Origin: an uncultured Clostridia bacterium
GTDB lineage: Bacteria > Bacillota > Clostridia > TANB77 > CAG-465
Direction of reading: 5' to 3'
Assembly: GCA_934130595.1 (NCBI GenBank)
Contig: CAKOYF010000001.1
Span: 1,966-65,965, forward strand
DNA length: 64,000 nt
Position 1 is the first letter of the stretch. The number at the start of each line of letters is the position of its first letter. This document shows positions 48,364 through 57,046 of the stretch, one piece after another. Position numbers and translations under genes: made by a program. A model generated the notes under the pieces. That model did no database searches. It saw nothing but the letters and a program-made list of their open reading frames with translations, and was not told where the DNA came from.

Positions 48364-49317
48364 TTAGTCTTCTTTACTTTTGAATTCAAGTCCTAAATCT
48401 GCTATTTTCTTCACTACTTCGTCTAGTGATTTTTTACCTAGATTTCTAACTTTCATCATATCTTGTTCTGTTTTGCTAACTACGTCTGCTACTGTATGTA
48501 TACCAGCTCTTTTTAAGCAGTTATATGATCTTACTGAGAATTCTAATTCTTCAATTGGTGTTTCAAGAAGTTTATCTTTTAGAGATAATTCTTTTTGAGA
48601 CATAATTGACATTGTTTTAGCAATTTCAGATAAGTCTATAAACATTTCTAGATGTTCATTTAATATTTTTGCTGCCATACTTAAAGCTTGATATGGTTCA
48701 ATAACACCGTTAGTCCAGATCTCCATAGTTAATTTATCATAATCTGCATTTTGACCAACTCTTGTTTTTTCAATTTGAAAATTCACTTTTTTAACAGGTG
48801 TAAATATTGAATCTATTGGTAAAGCTGTTAATGGTAGTTCTTTATCAGAATAGTTTGCTCTAGTTCCTTCTCTATATCCTCTACCTTTTATAGCTGTCAT
48901 ATCAATATTTAATTCAGAATTTTCATCAACATATGCAATATGTAAATCTTTGTTTACAACTGACATACTAGAATCTGTTACTATATCACCAGCAGTAACT
49001 TCACAAGGTCCTTTTACTCTAATTGAAAGTTCCTTTTTGTCTCTGTCGTCACATTTTAAACAAACTTGTTTTAAGTTTAAAATTAAATCTGTAACAGTTT
49101 CTGTAACACCTGGTACTGTTGAAAATTCATGTGATACACCATCAATTTTTACTGTATCAATAGCATATCCTGGTAAAGAAGAAAGTAATATTCTTCTTAA
49201 AGAATTACCTAAAGTAATTCCGAACCCTCTTTCTAGTGGTTCAACTTCAAATCTTGCATAAAATGTATCTGCGTTAACGTCAACACATTTTATTTCTGGT
49301 CTTTGCATTTCAATCAT
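48364..49317 (-). CDS. rpoA: DNA-directed RNA polymerase alpha subunit
   Basis: Canonical N-terminal domain (GNSLRRILLSS) and C-terminal domain (LSVRSYNCLKRAGI). Confidence 0.97.
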   Translation of the reverse strand: MIEMQRPEIKCVDVNADTFYARFEVEPLERGFGITLGNSLRRILLSSLPGYAIDTVKIDGVSHEFSTVPGVTETVTDLILNLKQVCLKCDDRDKKELSIRVKGPCEVTAGDIVTDSSMSVVNKDLHIAYVDENSELNIDMTAIKGRGYREGTRANYSDKELPLTALPIDSIFTPVKKVNFQIEKTRVGQNADYDKLTMEIWTNGVIEPYQALSMAAKILNEHLEMFIDLSEIAKTMSIMSQKELSLKDKLLETPIEELEFSVRSYNCLKRAGIHTVADVVSKTEQDMMKVRNLGKKSLDEVVKKIADLGLEFKSKED

Positions 49318-49395
49318 TATAATTTCCTCCTCCTAGCCCGCTCTGATTACACGCGCTATTTATAATATTTTAAATGATTAATTATTACCTATTAA

Positions 49396-50025
49396 CTAGT
49401 TCTTAGAGTATAACTCAACTATTAGGTTCTCTTGAACTTCTAAGTCTACATCTTCTCTAACTGGTTTTCTAACAACTTTTGCTTCCATTTTTTCTTTGTC
49501 TACTTCTAACCAAGATGGAACAGCTCTTAATTTGTTAGCTTCCATTGTAGCTACAATAGCTTTGTTATCTTTTTTAGAATCTCTAACTTTAATAACATCT
49601 CCAACTTTAACTATATAAGATGGAATGTTTACTTTTCTACCATTTACTTCTAGCATTTCATATCCAACTAATTGTCTTGATTCTGCTCTAGAAGCACCAA
49701 TACCCATTCTATATGCGATATTGTCTAATCTTAATTCTAGTTGTTCAAATAATGTATCTGAAGTAACTCCTTCTCTTCTGAAGGCTTCTTCATAATATTT
49801 TCTGAATTGAGATTCAGAAACTCTATAATAATTCTTAGTTTTTTGTTTTGCTCTTAATTGAAGGCCATATTCAGATAATTTTACTCTGTTTTTACCATGT
49901 TGTCCTGGAGCATATGATCTTCTATCTAATGCGCATTTTGCTGTATTACATCTTTCGCCTTTTAAGAAAAGTTTAGATCCTTCTCTTCTACATTTCTTAC
50001 ATACTGCGTCTGTATATCTTGCCAT
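49396..50025 (-). CDS. rpsD: 30S ribosomal protein S4
   Basis: MARYTDAVCKKCRREG... with an S4 domain. Confidence 0.97.
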   Translation of the reverse strand: MARYTDAVCKKCRREGSKLFLKGERCNTAKCALDRRSYAPGQHGKNRVKLSEYGLQLRAKQKTKNYYRVSESQFRKYYEEAFRREGVTSDTLFEQLELRLDNIAYRMGIGASRAESRQLVGYEMLEVNGRKVNIPSYIVKVGDVIKVRDSKKDNKAIVATMEANKLRAVPSWLEVDKEKMEAKVVRKPVREDVDLEVQENLIVELYSKN

Positions 50026-50043
50026 TTTATCTTTACACCCCCA

Positions 50044-50433
50044 CTATACTCTTCTTCTCTTTGGTGGTCTACAACCATTATGTGGTATTGGAGTAACATC
50101 TTTAATCATGCTAATTTCCAATCCTGCAGCTTGAAGTGATCTAATAGCTGCTTCTCTTCCAGAACCAGGTCCTTTTACGAATACTTCAACAGTCTTTAGG
50201 CCATGTTCTTTAGCTGCATTAGCTGCTGCTTCTGCTGCTTGACCTGCTGCAAAAGGAGTATTTTTTCTAGAACCTTTAAATCCTAGTCCACCAGCGCTTG
50301 CCCAAGATAATACATTTCCTTGAGAATCTGTCATTGTAACAATTGTGTTGTTAAATGATGATTGAATGTGTGCAGCACCAGTTGATACATTCTTTTTAAC
50401 TTTTTTCTTTGCTACTACTTTTTTCTTAGCCAT
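50044..50433 (-). CDS. rpsK: 30S ribosomal protein S11
   Basis: [15 protein letters not shown] ... [13 protein letters not shown]. Confidence 0.97.
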   Translation of the reverse strand: MAKKKVVAKKKVKKNVSTGAAHIQSSFNNTIVTMTDSQGNVLSWASAGGLGFKGSRKNTPFAAGQAAEAAANAAKEHGLKTVEVFVKGPGSGREAAIRSLQAAGLEISMIKDVTPIPHNGCRPPKRRRV

Positions 50434-50438
50434 TTTTA

Positions 50439-50810
50439 CTATACTCCTTTCTTACCTGCGATTGCTACTGCTTTACCTTTTCTAGTTCTAGCGTTTGTTT
50501 TTGTTCTTTGTCCACGAACAGGTAATCTTCTTTTATGTCTTTGTCCTCTGTAGCAATTAATTTCCATTAATCTTTTGATATTTAAAGCTACCTCTTTACG
50601 AAGGTCTCCTTCAACAACATAATCTCTTTCGATTATTTCTCTGATTTTAGCTTCTTCTTCTTCTGTAAAATCTTTTACTCTTTTTGTTGTTTCTATACCA
50701 GCTTCTGCTAGTATTTTTCTAGCAGCAGGACGTCCTATTCCATATATAGAAGTTAGTCCAATTTCTGCTACTTTGTTTTTTGGTAAATCTACTCCAGCTA
50801 TACGTGCCAT
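50439..50810 (-). CDS. rpsM: 30S ribosomal protein S13
   Basis: [10 protein letters not shown] ... [18 protein letters not shown]. Confidence 0.97.
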   Translation of the reverse strand: MARIAGVDLPKNKVAEIGLTSIYGIGRPAARKILAEAGIETTKRVKDFTEEEEAKIREIIERDYVVEGDLRKEVALNIKRLMEINCYRGQRHKRRLPVRGQRTKTNARTRKGKAVAIAGKKGV

Positions 50811-50827
50811 TTACTATACCCCCCAAA

Positions 50828-50941
50828 TTAACCTTGTCTTTGTTTGTGTTTAGGATTTTCACAGATTACACGAACTACTCCGTTTCTTCTGATAACCTTA
50901 CACTTCTCACAAATTTTTTTTACAGATGGTCTTACTTTCAT
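50828..50941 (-). CDS. rpmJ: 50S ribosomal protein L36 (zinc-binding C+ form)
   Basis: Own translation [46 protein letters not shown]. Below the ORF-track size cutoff. Confidence 0.92.
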   Translation of the reverse strand: MKVRPSVKKICEKCKVIRRNGVVRVICENPKHKQRQG

Positions 50942-50961
50942 TTTAAAATCCTCCTTAAAAG

Positions 50962-50983
50962 TTTTGTTAATTAATTAACAAAA
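50962..50983. promoter_or_regulatory. perfect 22-nt palindrome TTTTGTTAATTAATTAACAAAA just upstream of the rpmJ RBS (function unknown)
   Basis: Read directly from the sequence: the two 11-nt halves are exact reverse complements. It lies 7 nt from the AGGAG of rpmJ. Confidence 0.4.
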
Positions 50984-51094
50984 GTAAGTATAAAATTATA
51001 TAATAAATAATCAGTTTAAAATAAAAGGATATTAGGCTTAATCCTCTTACAGCCGCTTCAAACAAGACTATTTATAACTAGTTTAAATAATAGG

Positions 51095-51316
51095 TTACTT
51101 GCTCTTTCTCCATGTGATTCTGCCTTTATTTAAATCATATGTAGATAGTTCTATCTTAACCTCATCACCTGGTAGAATTTTTATATAGTGCATTCTAAGT
51201 TTTCCAGATATATGTGCTAAAACTTCATGTCCATTTTGAAGTCTAACTTTGAAGTTTGCATTTGGCAATGCATCAACTACAACACCTTCAACTTCTATAA
51301 CATCATCTTTTGGCAT
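51095..51316 (-). CDS. infA: translation initiation factor IF-1
   Basis: [13 protein letters not shown]...[16 protein letters not shown]...YD..KGRI..R. Confidence 0.96.
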   Translation of the reverse strand: MPKDDVIEVEGVVVDALPNANFKVRLQNGHEVLAHISGKLRMHYIKILPGDEVKIELSTYDLNKGRITWRKSK

Positions 51317-51373
51317 TTTCTTACCTCCCTATTATTGATAAGCCCTTTATATAGGGCAAAATATAACACATAT

Positions 51374-51402
51374 ATTATAACTTAATTTATAAATATTGTC
51401 AA
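51374..51402 (-). promoter_or_regulatory. sigma-A type promoter in front of infA
   Basis: TTGACA (51397-51402), 17 nt, TATAAT (51374-51379) on the minus strand. Confidence 0.65.
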
Positions 51403-51440
51403 CCATTTTATTACTTTTTTTGAATATTTGTACATTGTAA

Positions 51441-51494
51441 AGAAAAAAAGCATCTGAAAAAATTAAATTTTAAATTTAACTTATTCAAATGCTT
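51441..51494 (-). terminator. possible terminator after map
   Basis: 11-bp stem aagcatctgaa/ttcaaatgctt with one G-U pair and a long 25-nt AU loop, followed by U7 on the minus strand. Confidence 0.45.
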
Positions 51495-51507
51495 ATAATT
51501 TATAAAA

Positions 51508-52305
51508 TTACATTTTTAATTCTGCTCTTTCTCTTTTAGATAATGTTAGAATTTCAGGTTCACCCTTTGTAACAAGTATTGTATTTTCATAATGTGCTGC
51601 TAAGCTACCATCCTCTGTAATTATTGTCCATCCATCATCTAATTCTAAGATATCAGCTTTACCTTGAATAACCATAGGCTCAATAGCAAGTGTCATTCCA
51701 GCTTCTATTCTTGGACCTCTTCCAGCTTTTCCATAGTTTGGAATACCTGGATCTTCATGCATTTCTCTTCCTATACCATGACCTTGGAACTCTCTTACTA
51801 CACTATATCCTTGAGATTCAACATATTCTCCTATAGCATGAGAAATATCTCCAATTCTATATCCTACTTTTGCATATTTTATTCCCTCAAAAAATGCTTG
51901 TTTTGTAACATCAATTAATCTTTGTGCATCTTTTGAAATTTTTCCTACTACAAAAGTTCTAGCTGCATCACCATTATAACCATTTTTTAGTGCTACAGTA
52001 TCTACACTTACTATGTCTCCTTCTTGTATTATTTTATGTTTAGAAGGAACGCCATGTATAACTTCATCATTTATTGATACACATATAGATGCTGGAAAAG
52101 GAGGAACTCCTTTAACTCCTATATCATATCCTTTTTCTGCTGGTATAGCTCCAAGACTTCTCATTTTCTTTTCTGCTATTTGATCTAATTCCCAAGTACT
52201 CATTCCTGGTTTAATTTTTTGTTGTAATTCTTCATAAACTAGAGCAACTACTCTACATGCTTCACGCATTAACTCTATTTCTTTAGAATTTTTTATTGTT
52301 ATCAT
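51508..52305 (-). CDS. map: type I methionine aminopeptidase
   Basis: Metal ligands in context (VSVDTVALKNGYNGDAARTF, GHGIGREMHE, LAIEPM, HYENT). Confidence 0.95.
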   Translation of the reverse strand: MITIKNSKEIELMREACRVVALVYEELQQKIKPGMSTWELDQIAEKKMRSLGAIPAEKGYDIGVKGVPPFPASICVSINDEVIHGVPSKHKIIQEGDIVSVDTVALKNGYNGDAARTFVVGKISKDAQRLIDVTKQAFFEGIKYAKVGYRIGDISHAIGEYVESQGYSVVREFQGHGIGREMHEDPGIPNYGKAGRGPRIEAGMTLAIEPMVIQGKADILELDDGWTIITEDGSLAAHYENTILVTKGEPEILTLSKRERAELKM

Positions 52306-52326
52306 TTAATTCACACTTTCTAATTT

Positions 52327-52944
52327 CTACATTTTGGCATCGTCTATAACAGTTTCTGGATTATGTGACGCATCTACTGTCATAAGTAATCCTTTTTCTC
52401 TATAGAAATCTAATATAGCCTTTGCATTTTCTTTATATGTATTTATTCTTTTTGTTAAAGTTTCTTTTGTATCATCTGTTCTAACGCTTAAGTGTCCACC
52501 ACATTTGTCACAAACATCTTCAACTTTTGGAGGAAAATCTATACCATAAGATTCTCCACATTTATCACATCTTTTTCTTTCTAAGATTCTTTTAAATGCC
52601 AATTCATCTGGTACAACAAGCTCCATAACTTTTGTTATTTGTCTATTATTTCTTTTTAATAATTCATCTAGCAAAACTGCTTGACTATATGTTCTTGGAT
52701 ATCCATCTAGAACAAATCCAGGTTTGCAATCTTCCTCATTAATTCTATCTTCTAATAATTTTGTTATTATATCATCTGATATAAGTTCACCTTTTTGTAA
52801 TTTTTGTGCTATATCTTCATTTGTTTTTGCAACATTTCTTAACATATCTCCTGTTGCTATATGTGGTATGTTTAGTGCTTTAGCAAGGATGTCTGATCTT
52901 GTTCCCTTACCTGTAGCTGGACCACCTGTTAAAATATAAATCAT
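52327..52944 (-). CDS. adk: adenylate kinase with zinc-binding lid
   Basis: P-loop GGPATGKGT, GFVLDGYPRT, and lid CDKCGESY...CDKCGGHL. Confidence 0.9.
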   Translation of the reverse strand: MIYILTGGPATGKGTRSDILAKALNIPHIATGDMLRNVAKTNEDIAQKLQKGELISDDIITKLLEDRINEEDCKPGFVLDGYPRTYSQAVLLDELLKRNNRQITKVMELVVPDELAFKRILERKRCDKCGESYGIDFPPKVEDVCDKCGGHLSVRTDDTKETLTKRINTYKENAKAILDFYREKGLLMTVDASHNPETVIDDAKM

Positions 52945-53020
52945 TTATCTCACTCCATTTCAAGACATATATATTATTGCATAAAAGCAGTTAATTGTAA
53001 AGATTTTAATATTATTTTTA

Positions 53021-54064
53021 TTATAATATCTTATATCCACATGCCCTTATCATTCTATTCATTATAGCAGTTCCTATATACTCTTTTTTTACTCCTTCTA
53101 TTAAGCATACATCTAAATCATACAAATCAATTTTTCGTATTAATGAAAAGATATTTTTAGAAATATTCATTAAATCTGATTTACTACCCATTTTTATTGT
53201 AGTAATACCAAGTTTTGCTATATCTTTTTCATGTTCGTCAAAACATATAGCACCAACTTTTAAATTAGTAGAATCTTTGAATTTTCTTATTTTTTCTAGC
53301 ATCTTTTCATCATCTTCATCATATTCCACCAATATAGCATCTGTTGAAGGTGCATAATGTTTATGCTTCATACCTGGAGACTGTACAACTTCATTTTTCT
53401 TTACATCTTTAAAAACATGTTCGTCTAATCTTACTTTTATTCCTAGCTTGTTTATATCTTCTACAGAAATTTTCCCAGGTCTTAATATATCTACAACATC
53501 CCCGTCTACTTTTACAACTGTAGACTCTACACCTATATCAGTATTTCCACCATCAACAAAATAGTCTACTCTATTATCTAATTCTTTAAAAATATCTTTT
53601 AGATTTGTACCGCTAGGTTTGCCTGATACATTAGCACTTGGAGCAGCAATAGGTTTCTTAGCTGCATCAATAATGCTTAATGCTATATTATTATCTGGCA
53701 TTCTTATTCCAACAGTATCTAGACCTGCTGTAACGCTTTTAGGTAGATTTCCTTTACATTTTAATATTATTGTAAATGGTCCTGGCCAAAAAGCTTTCAT
53801 AAGTGCCATTTCTGTATCATTTGGCTTTTGTGCAACATCTTCTAGCATTTTATAATTACTAATATGAACTATAAGAGGATTATCTTGTGGTCTTCCTTTT
53901 GCTTCAAATATTTTCTTCACAGCAACATCGTTTGTAGCATCAGCTCCAATTCCATATACTGTCTCAGTAGGAAAAACAACAATTTTCCCTTTATTTAGTG
54001 CATATGCTATATCATCTAATTCATTCTTTTTTATGTTTTCTTTAAAATCGTAAACTATACTCAT
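53021..54064 (-). CDS. tsaC: L-threonylcarbamoyladenylate synthase (Sua5/YwlC type TsaC)
   Basis: VVFPTETVYGIGADA, PLIVHI, SANVSGKPS and a C-terminal Sua5 domain. Confidence 0.9.
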   Translation of the reverse strand: MSIVYDFKENIKKNELDDIAYALNKGKIVVFPTETVYGIGADATNDVAVKKIFEAKGRPQDNPLIVHISNYKMLEDVAQKPNDTEMALMKAFWPGPFTIILKCKGNLPKSVTAGLDTVGIRMPDNNIALSIIDAAKKPIAAPSANVSGKPSGTNLKDIFKELDNRVDYFVDGGNTDIGVESTVVKVDGDVVDILRPGKISVEDINKLGIKVRLDEHVFKDVKKNEVVQSPGMKHKHYAPSTDAILVEYDEDDEKMLEKIRKFKDSTNLKVGAICFDEHEKDIAKLGITTIKMGSKSDLMNISKNIFSLIRKIDLYDLDVCLIEGVKKEYIGTAIMNRMIRACGYKIL

Positions 54065-54103
54065 ATCTCTTTTTATCCCTAAAATATTATATCATTAAAG
54101 TCA

Positions 54104-54137
54104 AGAAAAAAGGACTAAGTCTTTTTTCTTAGTCCTT
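54104..54137 (-). terminator. terminator after the small membrane-protein gene
   Basis: 10-bp stem aaggactaag/cttagtcctt with flanking A and T runs. Confidence 0.75.
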
Positions 54138-54165
54138 TTTTTGTTATAAAACATTTTAAAACATT

Positions 54166-54354
54166 CTATTGTTTTTCTTGTTTGTCTTCTACAAAATCGT
54201 CGTCACTAAATCCCTTTAAGTCATTCTTTTTGTTTTCTCTTAGTACACAAAATATCAAATATAGTATTATACATATAATTGTTACACCTAATACTATCAA
54301 TCCATCTGTACTAAAGAAGCCACCTGTTACAGGCATACTTAAGTTGTTATCCAT
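54166..54354 (-). CDS. small single-TM membrane protein with acidic tail
   Basis: MDNNLSMPVTGGFFSTDGLIVLGVTIICIILYLIFCVL... GTGAGG RBS 9 nt upstream of the ATG at 54354; the track start at 54387 includes the RBS. Confidence 0.5.
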   Translation of the reverse strand: MDNNLSMPVTGGFFSTDGLIVLGVTIICIILYLIFCVLRENKKNDLKGFSDDDFVEDKQEKQ

Positions 54355-55456
54355 AATTTTATACCTCACTTTATGGCTATATATCATATATTCAATATAT
54401 ATTCTTCAAGTATTTAATTAATTATTACCATCTACCTTTTTCGTAGTGATTGCTAAACCATATAAATTTTAAAATTAAGCATAGCAAAAATTATTTCAGC
54501 TTAAACTTAGCCAAAAATTCATACCACGCAACATCCATTATGTCATAATAGTAACACATCCATACTTTATATAAAGTTACTACTTAAGAAATTAAGTTTA
54601 ATTTCTTTATAATAGTATGAATTTATATGATTATATACTTAATATATAATACTTTAAGTAGATTATACATATAATATTACCTCTTTTTAATAATACTATA
54701 CAATCCATTTTACATTTAATAATTTAAATGTTTTTTCGTAGATATTTCAAAAACTATCATCTTTAAATCTATCGAGCTCTCCTTTGATAGAAACGTATCT
54801 ATTCCATATATAATAATTTTCTCGTTTATTTAAATTTAATAATTTTTTCTACCTACATTTATCAACCTCTCTCTCTTAATACACGAAATATTAATATTCA
54901 TAATATTTTTAATATATATTTGTTTGATAAAATAACTATTTAACTTCCGTACATCTTTTTCCTTTTTAATATAATACCTAAAATCAAATTCAAATATATA
55001 TTTTTTCAAAAAGATTTTAATGTTTCCTTATACTTATTAAAATCCTATACTCTAAATTTTTTCCCACACCTTTTATTCCATTTCATACTAATGTGGAGCT
55101 GTCGTTTTTTTACTAATAGCATTGGGGGAACTATATTTTTTTACGCAGCCAATCATAGACTATAATATCTTAATCTGTATCTAAAAAACTATTTAAAATA
55201 ATTTTCTATTACATAATAATCATATCAACTTCTTTAGCCTCATAATTATCGACTAGTTTCTTTATTTCTTTGTTACCTGAATTCTAACACAATAAAATTT
55301 CAAATTCAATACGCTTTTTTACGAATTATGTAGTCTGTAATACAAGTATTTCTTTTAAATATTCCTTTGTTACATATTTGTATAATTTATATAATATGTA
55401 ACAGCTGTAGTTTGTAACTATTTCTGGTTTTCCTTTATATTTAGGCATTTTGAACT

Positions 55457-55494
55457 AAAAAAGAACACTAATATTTTTTTCATATTAGTGTTTC
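55457..55494 (-). terminator. Rho-independent terminator after the TED-like gene
   Basis: Stem gaacactaatat/atattagtgtt(t)c (55463-55474 / 55482-55494) with U6 on the minus strand. Confidence 0.8.
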
Positions 55495-55501
55495 TTTTTT
55501 T

Positions 55502-56887
55502 CTATAGAGAATCAAATATAATCTCTAAGTCAGTCTCTGCATCTTTTGTTATCTCAAATTCACGATTACTATTCTCTAGGAAATATTTTTCTGGCACATC
55601 ATATACTTCGATATAGTATTTACCAACAGGTAGAACAAAGCCATATTCTGCACCTGAGTTTTTCATGTCTTGAATAAGATGGTGATTTTCGTCATATATT
55701 TTATAACTTACAATTTCTACGTCACTTCCATCTTCTGTTTTAAAATTTAAATTAACATTTCCAACATCAACATTGTCATATGCAGCTACGACATCTTCAT
55801 ATATTCTCTCTTGTGGCTCTAATAATACATATTTTTTCTTAGAATTTAATTGCTCATAAATCTCACTTCTTAAGAAATATTCAGTAGAGGTCACCTTGCA
55901 TTGTGTAAAGACTTTTTCTGTACCAATAATTTTTATATAGAAAGTCTCTCCATTTTCTACACTAGTTACTTTTTCTCCATTCTCATTTATAGCAAAAGCT
56001 TGACTACCTTCAACATGACTTACAACATCTATATTAACACTAGGATTATATGCATCTCCCATTATTTCTTTAGTTGTATTGTCTGTTATAGTATAATATG
56101 CTATTGGTCCTACTAAACTCTCATTACCATCAACAGTCATTTTTGTTGTATCATCTTTAACTATATAATCTATACTAATCTCATAAGGATTCTCTATTGC
56201 CAAATTATATAGTTCTTTTGCTTTAGCTACTACACGCTCAACCATATCGCTATACTTCTCTTCACTTGGTTTTATTGCGTCTAGAGAAAATTCACCAATT
56301 GCCATACTGTACTTTTCATCAGATACAAGTGCATAAACAGCTAGTTGAGTCGCTATATATGCCTCTTCCTCATTATTTAATCCAAGCTCTTGATAAGTAA
56401 CATTAGGATATCCATTTATTAATATAGCAGACATTTTTCCTTTTGCAAAATAACTTGTTTGTGTCATTTCACCTTCTGGTATAACATCATATCTATATGT
56501 TAATGAATATGCTACTTTATCATCTAACTTAGTTTGAGCTATTTTTATATATGAGTTATTAATTGTATCTATCATGTACTTGGTTAAATCCCCTGATTCG
56601 ATATTTTTAGTTAATCCTTTTAATTGCTTTTCTAATTTTACTCCTTCTTGTCTAAATTGGTTTGTTTCATTATTTGAATGAATTAAGCAAAATATTCCAT
56701 TATACGCTGCAATGGACAATATAATTGCAATACCAATATATTTCCAAGAATTAATCTTTAACTTTTCTTTAAAAGGTAATTTATCATATTCCTCAAGTTC
56801 TTTTAAACGAGGCTCCTTATACATAAACTTTCTATATGCCTTTTTGATTCTTGTAATTATACTCAACTTCTTCTCATTGGATTTCAT
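55502..56887 (-). CDS. type-II membrane-anchored surface protein with a thioester-domain-like head (Cys replaced by Ser) and one CnaB-like domain
   Basis: ATG at 56887 behind GGAGGAATAATT; the track start at 56959 lies inside its own promoter. TM WKYIGIAIILSIAAYNGIFCLI. The head aligns with the neighbouring adhesin (VAYSLTY vs VAYCIDY; AYIATQLAVYA vs AYMATQMALWE). C-terminal GKYYIEVYDVPEKY CnaB-like unit. No LPXTG. Confidence 0.75.
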   Translation of the reverse strand: MKSNEKKLSIITRIKKAYRKFMYKEPRLKELEEYDKLPFKEKLKINSWKYIGIAIILSIAAYNGIFCLIHSNNETNQFRQEGVKLEKQLKGLTKNIESGDLTKYMIDTINNSYIKIAQTKLDDKVAYSLTYRYDVIPEGEMTQTSYFAKGKMSAILINGYPNVTYQELGLNNEEEAYIATQLAVYALVSDEKYSMAIGEFSLDAIKPSEEKYSDMVERVVAKAKELYNLAIENPYEISIDYIVKDDTTKMTVDGNESLVGPIAYYTITDNTTKEIMGDAYNPSVNIDVVSHVEGSQAFAINENGEKVTSVENGETFYIKIIGTEKVFTQCKVTSTEYFLRSEIYEQLNSKKKYVLLEPQERIYEDVVAAYDNVDVGNVNLNFKTEDGSDVEIVSYKIYDENHHLIQDMKNSGAEYGFVLPVGKYYIEVYDVPEKYFLENSNREFEITKDAETDLEIIFDSL

Positions 56888-56930
56888 AATTATTCCTCCT
56901 TTTTCAATAATTATTTTTCTTTCGCATATA

Positions 56931-56959
56931 ATTATATCATATTTTTTATGTAAATTCAA
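56931..56959 (-). promoter_or_regulatory. sigma-A type promoter of the TED-like gene
   Basis: TTGAAT (56954-56959), 17 nt, TGaTATAAT (56931-56936) on the minus strand. Confidence 0.7.
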
Positions 56960-56992
56960 TAATACTGTGTATATTTGCTCTATAACATAGGC

Positions 56993-57021
56993 AAAAAAAT
57001 AAGGTAGCCTAAGCTACCTTA
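56993..57021 (-). terminator. terminator between the two surface-protein genes
   Basis: Stem taaggtagc/gctacctta (57000-57008 / 57013-57021) followed by U7 on the minus strand. Confidence 0.8.
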
Positions 57022-57046
57022 TTTTATTTTTAGTTTCGTTGTATTT

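Noticed and set aside
55110-55123. A 14-nt string TTACTAATAGCATT shared between the ORF-free region and the rplM leader (32984-32997).
   Set aside because: Given the strongly AT-biased composition and the window size, hundreds of 14-mer coincidences are expected by chance. There is no flanking similarity.
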